From the NCBI GenBank assembly GCA_051362555.1, contig CM120642.1, positions 18,724,001 to 18,788,000 of the forward strand: a DNA stretch of 64,000 bases. The letters are read 5' to 3'. The number at the start of each line of letters is the position of its first letter. Position 1 is the stretch's first letter. Both the position numbers and the translations under genes were made by a program. The stretch comes from Lingula anatina. Lineage: Eukaryota; Animalia; Brachiopoda. Positions 1 through 64,000 of this stretch are shown piece by piece. The notes beneath the pieces are model-generated. The model saw only the letters and a list, made by a program, of their open reading frames with translations. It had not been told where the DNA came from and searched no databases.

Positions 1-533
1 ATTGTAGTCTAGTAAATCTTAAAGCCCTCTCATAAGCATTGTAGTTTAAATACATAAAAAGAAATCTTTCAAGCAAAAAAGACAGTACCAGACTTTGACA
101 CATGATAGAAATTGTTTTATGATACAGCATAGATATTATGTACAGCGTACATTTGAATCTTTTGCAAACTCTGAAATGCACCAGACAACAAGTTATGTTC
201 CTCCCTTGCTGAAATAGGGAAATTTTTCACAGGATTACCCAGTTCAAATGTAACCATATTGCAGTAATACCAGCTCAAAGGGAATGTCTAATAGAGGGAT
301 AAGTCTCACTGAATGATGTTTTGATAGAAAGATATCTTGATAGTATACCATGTTTGCACTGTGTAAAGAAATATGTCCTGGCCACTCTCTTGCTGTTTAG
401 GCTTGTTAATTAAGCTGTTTCACAAACTGCATCACTGCAGGAATGGTTAAAGCTCCCGGGGGTTGATGAGTTTTAGCCCAATAATGATACTGGGAGATTG
501 ATAGCTGGGAATGTTCAAGCAAATCAGGGAACC

Positions 534-569
<36 letters not shown>

Positions 570-1497
570 GCTGATCCAATTTTGTCACATTCTTTTTTGT
601 ATGAAACTTGTTCACGTTGATGGAATTTCAAGTTGCCCTCTCTACATACAGGTAAATGGTTGCTACTGCTATTGTACTTGAGATATCCTTAAAATTAAAT
701 ACATACAACATTTAAGGGTTAAAAACCCTTTGAAAATACACCGTGAGTGTAGATTTAATTTTTATCTTGAAGTTTGGACATATGGACCACAAGAATAGGG
801 TAGTATTTGATCACTGTAATTGTTTGGCATTGGGTGTTCACAATGTAAAAGAGCTCATTACTTTCCTCCTGCCAATTAACAGTAGGGTTGATCACAGGTG
901 ATTACAGGTGATTAGACAGAACATTGAAATCAGTTAATACTGGCCAAACAGGATATATATGTGTGTGTGTGTATATATATATTTTTTTGTAAATTAAGTA
1001 TTCTTTTCTTTTTGTATCAGAGACATTATGTGTATTAATTGTCAAGTATATAAATTTTTATTCCTTGTAAAAATTATGTTTCTTTAGATTTTTCTTCATT
1101 ACTTTTAAGCAGTCACATTTTCATTCACAGTATATTATATATTCCCTGCAGTGTGCTAAATATAAAGTTGTACAGTGAAGATCATTGACACCTGCAGATT
1201 CATGACCGGGTGCTTAGAACAATATAGAGGTAGCATCATCATTTATCAACAACCTGTTTAGTTGAGGGTAAAATTGGTGTTAGTTCTGACTGATATCATT
1301 TAATATAACCATATTTTGATCACATGTGCAATGCTCAGCATCAAAGATTGTGTGCATGTACACTGAAATGATGAAATATCCAATCTGTCAAGAAAGGTTA
1401 ACGTACCAGTAAGTTTATTTTCTTGTCTCTCTGCCTAAAAGCCTTGGGTCATCTCTTACTTCTGTGGTCAATTTGCATAGAAGTTTTGTTTTTTGAA

Positions 1498-1501
<4 letters not shown>

Positions 1502-1576
<75 letters not shown>

Positions 1577-1609
1577 CCCTGTTGAAAGAGAGAGAGAGAG
1601 AGAGAGAGA
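1502..1609. repeat. (TA)n and (GA)n microsatellites
   Basis: Direct inspection. Confidence 0.95.
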
Positions 1610-2152
1610 CGGAACATGCCAAGGGAGGGTAAATCATGAAAATAATTTGATTTTCTTCAATAAGTCTTATTCACTTTTGATCTATCATGATAAATGAAGA
1701 TTGAACTGTCTATTTATTGACCGATCTTTGCTCATGTCTTTGTTTATTTTTGCGTAAGATTAACTTTTCTGTAACCTGTTTACATAATATTTGTGAATGC
1801 TTCTCACAACATGGTTAGACTGGTCAAAGTCGGCACATGGCTTAAGCCAGTTGTCCATAATAAACTGTCCCGACTGGACTTAGTGGTCATCTTTGTTGAC
1901 TGAACCAGGATGATCTGGTCATTAGTGAATGCTGCAGACTGGATTAAGTATTTACTTAACAGCAGTAGTCAATAACTGGTGAATGTTAGAGGTAAATCCT
2001 GTCTTACTTTTGAAATCAATTAATAGCTGTTGATGTGAAGAAATAATTAGGCTATGATAAATTGTAGTGGTCCGCCTGTTTTCCAGGCTCAACAAACTTG
2101 AGACACTATTTTTTATGTAGCATATAGAATATAATTCTTTTTCATAGATATA

Positions 2153-2325
2153 CAGTCCTGTAGCCAGGAGGGGTTGGGGTTCAAAAGAACTGCCCCTTTT
2201 AATAGGAAAAGGTCCAATCTAGGTAAAATTTGATCATGGTACAAGAAGTTTTTATAGTAAAAAGTCCACTTTTTTCAGAAAAGAACTTTCACCCAATCAT
2301 TTGGAATTGCTGGCTTAGGGGCCTG
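2153..2325. mobile_element. Degenerate hAT-like MITE
   Basis: Ends CAGTCCTGTAGCCAG ... CTGGCTTAGGGGCCTG are imperfect inverted repeats; related end at ~51530; no clean TSD. Confidence 0.5.
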
Positions 2326-2652
2326 ATATAAAACTTTTTTAACCTGACAGACAAAAGTCACTTTTATTGTGCATTTAGTTTCTTTTTCACCATTAAACAT
2401 ATTTTTAATGTTTTTAAATTACAAATCTAGATTCCTTTGTTGGTAGGCCATTATTATTATTATTATTTTTATTTTTTGCAATATTCTTATTCATATAAAA
2501 AACACCCATCCCATTGTTTCTCCTTTAACAGAATAATAGATTCTCAGAGGTGATCTATTTCTGTTTTGTTGCAGAAAGTTGGAATTACTGAAGGATGTGA
2601 TATTATCATAGCGCCTAGGACATTGCAACAGTTGTGGTAGCCAGGCTTCAAA

Positions 2653-56621
<53,969 letters not shown>

Positions 56622-57827
56622 TGATTTGACAGTGTGTGGGAGTTGTGACTTGTAATGTTAGTGCATTTACGGGGAATGGCCAACCCTGAAAAGGGGTATT
56701 CACCATGACACTGAATACGGATTTCTCAGCTCTGTATCACACTGTTCTTTTGGGAGTTGCTAATGGCTCAATTTACTTTCACAAAATCATACAGACTGTA
56801 AATTGGGAGCCCCAGTTACTATACTAATAATTCTGCAGTTATCAGCAGCTCAATTTACATATTAAGGTAATTTTTACACAAGAAGGTCCATATGGATAAT
56901 ATTATTGCCATTGACAAGAAAAGTCAACCTTCAGGTTAAAATATGTGTTTCACTCTGAATTTTGAATAAACGTTATGTCCATGGGCACAAAGTCACAGAT
57001 TACAAGACTTGGTAATATTTACAGTCGCAGAACTAGAATTTATTAAAAAATATATAAAAGCAGTTCTGAGTGACTTTTACAAGTGAAATACACTTGTATG
57101 TCTTTAACTTTTGCTGTGCAAAGTACAGTGGCATACCACAAAGGAAAAAGAAAAGCATTTGTGTTGCAGAAAATGCATCATTTATTGGAAAGTACAATGT
57201 GTACTTTAGCAAGCATGACAAGGGGGGTGTCTTTACGTTAAGAGTGCCGTTTGGTTTGTATGATAACAGTCATATTTGTATAACCAAAAGTTATATAATA
57301 ATGTTTTCTAGAACAAACAAAAATGATTTCTAGGAAGATGAGTTTCTTCCTACCAATGGTGCCAATGGCCAATGTAATGTAACAAAAATATATTGTTTGC
57401 TTACAATGAGCAAGTAATTTTTCACAACTATAGTATTAATAATTTTATCATGTGTGTTATTTTGTGTGAATTATAGACCATAATGTACAAAGTTACTTCA
57501 TACTTATATTGTTGCATGAGATGAATTAGAAGGAATTGGCCTTTTCATTTAAAGCAGACATGAGATTTGAGAAGTTGGCCAGAATCCTGTGACCTCAAAC
57601 TTGGTGCAAGCTATATTTTGATAACTATTAATTGTTGCTTATGTCCTGAATGAAGAAAAGGATCATTCTAGTTGTTAAAGAGACTATGTACATTTGCTAC
57701 ACGCCATATATATATAAATGAATATATATATATATATATATCATTGTTAAACTACCTGTATTAATATCAGTTTTATAAGAATTTATTACATGTACATGTG
57801 CTTCACATTATTATGGGCAGGATTGAG

Positions 57828-57833
57828 AATAAA
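57828..57833 (+). terminator. Candidate polyadenylation signal of the RGS unit (another AATAAA at 56965)
   Basis: AATAAA after an AU-rich 3' UTR-like stretch, followed by T-rich sequence. Confidence 0.4.
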
Positions 57834-58818
57834 TGTTTTAGATTGAGATTGGAATTTTACTTTTGAGAATTTCATTAAATTGTAATTTTTCTCTATTTGA
57901 TCAAAATTGATTATTGCAAAGTACACTGTATGGCACTTAGTCATATGCTTTTATCCTCATTGAAATGTGTTATGCTTTTAATCATGTTTTGGTGATTTCT
58001 ATTATATCGGATATCTTAAATGAAAATTAGTACCTAATTGCTTCAGCCAGAATGTCTTCCGAGCAAGTCCACTGATGATGACTAGACAGTGCTACCTTTT
58101 TTTACTGATTTTCTGTTGTGCATTAGTAAAATTTCTCTTCTTCATAAACAGTCAAAAAAAATAATAAATTTGGTAAATGAAAATATAAAATATTAAAATG
58201 CAAAATGGTTTAAAAAATGTTAAATTGACTATATTTTTAACTAAATCATTTTGAACACTGGTTCTTTCCAAATAGTCTTTAACAGTCACAGTTTGTGATT
58301 AGTACAAGTCACATTAAGGGACTTCCTTAGTATGTCCATGAATTTCTTTCAATCAAAATATGTAACAACTTTTGTGAACAATTCTAATATTTTATGTGAT
58401 GGTCATGAAAAAGCAATCATTCATAAAACAATTTCGAAATGTTAACAGGTATTTCAGAAATATTTAGTTAGAATTTTTGATTTGCCAAATATTATAGGTA
58501 CATATTTGAAATAACAGTAATTTTTCATCCGTAAATTCCTTGTAAACGTTAAAAAATTTGTTTACTTTGCTATAGTGTAAAAACTTCACAATCCAATATG
58601 GCCTACATGTTATCACTTTGTAAATATGGTTTGCTTTTCTCTCTCTGTGTACAGTAAGTTATTTTTTGCCAAAGATTGGATAAGCAATAAACAATGTATT
58701 ATAGCTATTTGACTTCGTTTTATACTTGATGTTGTTGCAAATATCTTGAATAGCTTTGAATAGTTTATGAAAAGCTTGGGATTAAAAATGCCGTGCGCCA
58801 CCCCGTGTCGCCTAGATT

Positions 58819-59087
58819 TCATAACTTCATGTAACGATTGACCGATGGCGTTAATCTTGCCATGAGGTCTAAAGACGGAAACTTTATTTGCATTAAAGCG
58901 CCTGCTCCCATGAATACACGCTGAGCTCATCACACCCTGAGCTTCAGAGATAACTTGAAACAACCTGAGCTCATTTTGAATGTTTTCATCAAATGGCTGA
59001 CAGCCAAAAAGGAACCAACATTCAGTGAGATAAGCAAACCGTCTTTATTGATATAGCTATCAAGACCGAAATCGCATACCGGAGATC
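58819..59087 (-). pseudogene. Decayed Ser/Thr kinase-like fragment
   Basis: After a minus-strand acceptor, successive frames give SPVCDFGLDSYINKDGLLISLNVGS, FLFGCQPFDENIQNELRLFQVISEA and ALMQIKFPSLDLMARLT, resembling kinase subdomains VII, IX-X and XI in the right order. Confidence 0.4.
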
Positions 59088-59418
59088 CTGGTTATGTAGA
59101 ATTTAAAAAGAAAATAAATATAAAAAAAACAGAATGGTTATGTTTACTTTTTTTCTATTCCCCCCCCCCCCCCCCCCCCCCCCCCCCATTTTTTTACGAC
59201 AGATAAACTCCAAGTAATCCGATTAAACTTGTTGCTGCTTACTCAAAATACAGGGAACCAAAATTGAAAGTTTAAATAAATTAATATTTGGTTTAGAAAC
59301 AACCCCATTATGAGCTAGCATTAACAGAAATATAACTGCCAACTTAATCGTTCCTTTCGTGTCATTATTGGGTATACTAATGTTTTTTTTTTTTTTTTTT
59401 TTTTCTGTATTGCCTCAG

Positions 59419-59528
59419 CTCGACTGAATGGACTGGATGCAATGCGTCTCACCTACAGCAATGTACAACGTTACATTCGAGGCAGTTTTCTTAAACGCAA
59501 CGAAAGTAGGCAATTTTCGGGCTCTGAA
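59419..59528 (+). other. Orphan exon-like segment (RLNGLDAMRLTYSNVQRYIRGSFLKRNESRQFSGSE)
   Basis: Long poly-T tract plus cag acceptor, GTAAGT donor, one open frame; no recognisable family. Confidence 0.35.
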
Positions 59529-59549
59529 GTAAGTGTCTAGTTTCTAGTT

Positions 59550-60325
59550 TCCAGTTTCATTTTTCAAAAACGAACCTGACAACCAAAAGCAAGTGTCGTT
59601 TTTCAAAACCAAGCCTGACAACTACAAACCAGTTTCGTTTTTCAAAAACGATTCTGACGCCGAGAAACCAGAATCGCTTTTGCGGTGGGAGACAAGACTC
59701 GACGGAGGAATAGGAGTCAGGCGCGATTAGTGTCTACTGCAACCAAGTAATCTTCCCAGTGGAAGCCGGACACGGTGTTACGGTCTCTCCCATGTGGAAC
59801 GCCGTTTGTACAAAAATGATGAAAGTATCATTTTGACAAGAATTTTTTTTTTTTTTTTTTTTTTTTTTTGCGAGGTGCTTACATCATTTTGAGATCGTCA
59901 CTTTCATCATTTTGACAGAAAAGTATTTTCAATCAGGAACCAGTCTCGTTTTTCGAAAGATGAACCTGGCGACTGGAAACGAGTGTCATTTTTCAAAAAC
60001 GATTTGGGCTACAAGACACTGGTGTCGTTAAAGAAAAAAAAAACGATTCTAACGCTGAGAAACCAGAATCGTCTTTGAAGTAGGAAACCGGAGTGGACGG
60101 ATGAAGAATCGACTGGCGATTAGCATCTAGGTAATCCCCACCGTGGAAGCCGGAGCAGGGTGTTACGGCCAATCTCCGCCGTGCGGGGAGCCCGATACCA
60201 CCGCCGATCCGTGTCTACGGTGCACAGATAACTTTCACCGCGGAAGCTGGGCAGGGTGTTACGGTCTCTCCTCGCCGTGCGGGAAGGACGACATGACCGC
60301 CGATCGATCTCTACAGTGCACATGT
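59550..60325. repeat. Nested tandem repeat block (~39-bp units within an ~390-bp duplication, plus an ~97-bp GC-rich duplication)
   Basis: CGTTTTTCAAAAACG-core units; AAAACGATTCT.ACGC.GAGAAACCAGAATCG at ~59645 and ~60040; GGAAGC.GG..CAGGGTGTTACGG-like motif three times. Confidence 0.8.
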
Positions 60326-62190
60326 CAGCCCCTGGGTGTCTCGCCTTGTTGAATGGTTGACCAACTTTGATTTTATTCAATTAAGATAAACAATTCTGAC
60401 AATTAGAAACTAGGCCTAGTCAAAAAAACGATTCTAGCACTTAGTTGCCAGAACCGTCAGATTGTGTTTTTAATAGGGAGGGGGAAGGAAAGCACTGGGG
60501 TCTCCGTTTGTTGTTTAGAGAATAAAGTTTGATTTTATTGTTCTGAATGCGGCCATTAACAGTTCAAAAATGGCAGCTGACCGTAAGACGAGATGATGCC
60601 CGTACAGTTGTAGATAACATGTACTGTTGGTGTTATTCTCATAAATTACTTTTAATTTATTTGTATATATACCACGTATGTATTCGCATTTAAATGGCTA
60701 AAATATTACAAAAACATCAAACAACTAAAAAGACCTCAAAAGATCTCACAGTTTTTTTTTCATTCTTTTATAAAAGCCAGGTGACACCGCTTATGTAGCA
60801 GCGATCTATTTATTGTTAATTAAAATAAACATAAACATTTAAACATAGGCATTTTCTGAAAAATCATGCTCGCTTCTTGAATTTTAATTTACGTATTAAA
60901 ATACGTATACTTTAGCCAAAATAAACGAGATCATTTGAAGCATGTGAGATGGAGCTGCAAGCAACAGTAACAATGGTTTAAAATTTAGTTCGTTCATGTC
61001 CTTTTTCTTTTTCTTTTTTTTTTTTTTTTTTTTGTGTCAGAACTGGTGAAGTTATTATAATAATGATAATAATAATAATTATTTTTTTATTCAGTGATTT
61101 AAGTTGTAAAACTGATGTCAGTAAAATTCCACTTGGACAAACAAATTTTCTCTGGTTAATTCTGAATGAATTAAAATGTGTTAAATGGACCTATATGTTG
61201 AGAATTAGTGAGTTTTCTCGTGTCAGGCGAAGCAAGTCCTGAGCTCGATTTTCACACCGAGTCGAGTCAAAGAAAAAACACAAATGGAGCTGTTGTGTGC
61301 CTGGTCATGAAAACATTGATAATGACCCATTAGCATGCAAGCTCTAGTGTTCGGCAACTTAGGCTGTATGCTCGCCAGGGAGATGTGAAAGGATGTTTTT
61401 TAAACGTGTATTAAAATGGGAAAAAGTAAACGTATCAATGAGAAATGTTTCATTTCAATTTCTATCTTATTGTCTTATTCATTATTTTTTCGTTTTTTTT
61501 CTCTCTACTCATGCTACTGGCATCAGAGTACTGATAACCCGAAGCCATGAAGGGAGGCGTCCGTTGTTAATTATTATCAATATCTGTAGGCGTTTTATAT
61601 GCAAAAATATTAATTTGTTTCTACTGCTTGGTATAAAATAATCTAGATTTTTCATATGACCTCTTTTCTCAGAATTACACGTCAGTTGATTACAAAATGT
61701 GTTTTAGAGTACTGGGGAGGCTGTATATGCTCAGTTTTGTGTACTTTCAATTGACCCACTTCAAGACGATACAATCTTGTCCCATCGGGCTGCCTTAAAA
61801 ATGCAGTCACTCTATGCCCTATTACATTATACACATTTGGATAAGTGTTCGAATACAAACGCACTTTACGGGCCTGCGAGAAGTACACGGCTACCTGTAC
61901 CAGTTTAACGGACATCGTGGCTGTCATAATTTTGGGGAGAAGGTATATTGCTAAGAAAGCGTCATCAAATTTGCCGGTACATTTTGAAGCTGCTGCTTAG
62001 TACTTATTACTCTTATTATAAAATAAAATGATGAACAGAATAATCTAAATAGAAAAAAGTAAATAAAATGTATATGTTAATAATATATTATAATCAAATT
62101 TGCGCACCACTATCAAACGCCACCCCCTATGAACAAGTAGACCATTAGTGACAACCGGAACGCCACTATGTGACTATATATCACTGAAGG

Positions 62191-62225
62191 TATAAAAGCG
62201 CTAAAATTTGAAATTGCGTTCATTC
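62191..62225 (+). promoter_or_regulatory. TATA box plus initiator core promoter
   Basis: TATAAAAG at 62191 and TCATTC with A(+1) at 62222, 31 nt apart; ATG at 62234. Confidence 0.5.
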
Positions 62226-62725
62226 AACGCAGAATGATCTGGAGGAACAAGAAGGATACCATGTGCTGCGCCCCGTATCAAGCAAAAAGGACACTGGAGT
62301 CGACTCGCATTTCTCCGAATATCTTCCTCATCCCAAGCCAACGCAACGCTCATCGTCAAATTGTTTCCTGCACACGCAGTCGTCTGGACGGTGGATTCGA
62401 CGTTTCTCAAAGCTGGCCAGCTAAAGCCTTCGCTTCTCTCCTCGAAAAATCGTCGCCCAGGAATCTTCGCAGGATACATCGTCGTCGTCTTTTTGCTGTA
62501 GGGGGCTATGTTGTTGAAGTGTCACTGTATATATTTCTATGCATTTCAGGTTTCTTCTTATTACAGGTCCAGAGTGCTGACAAAGGGAGAAAAACTCATT
62601 AATCCATTCTTATTTTTCTGTTAACAGAACTCGGTTATGGCGATTCTAGATGGGGCTCACAGCTCACAGCTGCAAGGATGAGAAGACCACATCTACACTT
62701 CAGATACTTCGATCGATCTATGGTG

Positions 62726-62937
62726 CCAGCGAGTCCTGCCATGACCTGTGAACAAGGTGGCTGCAGTGGGGAAGCGTCCAGCGAGTCCTGCCATGATCTG
62801 TCTACAAGGTGGCTGCAGTAGGGAAGCGTCCAGCGAGTCCTGCCATGATCTGTCTACAAGGTGGCTGCAGTGGGGAAGCGCCCAGCGAGTCCTGCCATGG
62901 TCTGTCTACAAGGTGGCTACATTGGGGAAGCGTCCAG
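62726..62937. repeat. 52-bp minisatellite, 4 copies
   Basis: CCAGCGAGTCCTGCCATGATCTGTCTACAAGGTGGCTGCAGTGGGGAAGCGT starting at 62726, 62778, 62830, 62882. Confidence 0.95.
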
Positions 62938-63395
62938 GACATATGGGGCTTCTATGAGATTGAAAACCCTTTAAGGTAACCCGTGTTACTGGGGAGATGA
63001 ATAGACTAAAATGTTTTTTCAGTTGCAAATTGTGGTATGCACTTTTCACCTTACTGGCCATTCAGACCTCAATTTTCCTAAATTCTACTAGTCTGAATCC
63101 AGGATTCATTGGCCGGAATACAAATCCAATAAAACTATACTGGGTTGCATTTTGATATCATTAATTACAGACCGCGATATTTTTAGAATCATGATGTAAC
63201 AGTTACATTAAAAATCAAATCAAATGAAAAGCTCTATTGAAAACTTAGACACTTAACTCAAAAATTCTGAAATATCTACTTGTCCAAACAATAATTAGTA
63301 TGTCACAGTCACTGATTACACAGAAAATAATAGAAATAAAGGTTGGTAATTCACTAAACAATCTTAGAAATAAATGGAACGTGTTACCGTTTTAG

Positions 63396-63563
63396 AGAAC
63401 AAAAGAAAAGGAGATGATTCCCCTGAAAACCGCAAAAACAAAGCGGCTGGACATCAATTGCAAGAAGTGCAGTGACCTGATGGTCCTGGGTTTGCTCTGG
63501 AAGAACACAGACGATGACTTTAAGGCTTTCTTCTCACAGTTTGGTGAAGTCCTCATGGCACAG
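63396..63563 (+). pseudogene. TARDBP: Frameshifted TDP-43 (TARDBP/TBPH) exon: NLS plus start of RRM1
   Basis: [12 protein letters not shown] / [44 protein letters not shown] matches TDP-43 (NKRK...SDLIVLGLPWKTTE..L..YFS.FGEVLM.Q); exon ends fall at the TARDBP exon 3 intron positions; frame break near 63431. Confidence 0.8.
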
Positions 63564-64000
63564 GTACCATTGCTACTAATTTAGATCACTGATATGGGTT
63601 TCAACAAACAAGTTTTTAAAGTTAGTCTTTAATTTTATACCCAAAGTATAAAAGTGGAGCAGTCCCCAGTTATTACTGGTATCAAATGATAGGGATTTCA
63701 TTCTTTTAATAAAACTAATTGCTATTCTAAGTGTACTGCTAAGGCTGCAGACTCCTTTTGATACACAATTTATGAAAATCAAACTAGACAACAGTTCATT
63801 TTTATTCGTACCTTAAAATATTGACCTTTATCCAGATTAATAGAAAATCAGTAATATATATTTCATTTTAAGGTTCTGGTAGAAGAGTCCTTAGCAATGC
63901 ACTGTTATGAATCAGTCGACTGTCACTACAGAAATTATTTCCCTCTGCCATTAATCACACTTTTGGGATAAACGGCTTTTCAAAGTTTGTGCATTGGGGG

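Noticed and set aside
1152-1408. Possible upstream 5' UTR exon (ctgcag acceptor, GTAAGT donor at 1409)
   Set aside because: Plausible, but supported only by splice-like signals and not testable by reading frame.
62726-62937. CRISPR-like array
   Set aside because: Units are contiguous with no unique spacers, there are no cas genes, and the context is eukaryotic.

Overview
This is AT-rich, microsatellite- and MITE-rich animal (invertebrate-type) genomic DNA; I found no prokaryotic features, CRISPR arrays or RNA genes. About 54 kb of the window is one + strand, multi-exon locus that I reconstructed by hand from GT-AG splice sites and reading-frame phases. Its 5' unit (2653-23527, 22 coding exons, ~1005 aa) encodes C2-PDZ-(disordered linker)-DH-PH, the architecture of Drosophila PsGEF, with C2/PDZ sequences resembling vertebrate RGS3. 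Its 3' unit (31511-56621, 6 coding exons, ~439 aa) encodes an R4-family RGS protein closest to RGS3. Each unit has its own start and stop, but the last PH exon (ends 22927, phase 0) can splice in frame to the RGS exon at 37568, giving a ~1370 aa C2-PDZ-DH-PH-RGS protein. The DH domain has lost typical GEF motifs. Introns hold several non-autonomous DNA transposon families. After the RGS 3' UTR (~58.7-63.6 kb) the sequence becomes CpG-richer and mosaic: a decayed kinase-like fragment, nested tandem repeats, orphan exon-like segments, a TATA+Inr core promoter and a frameshifted TDP-43 exon. All family assignments come from recognising motifs by eye, not from database searches.
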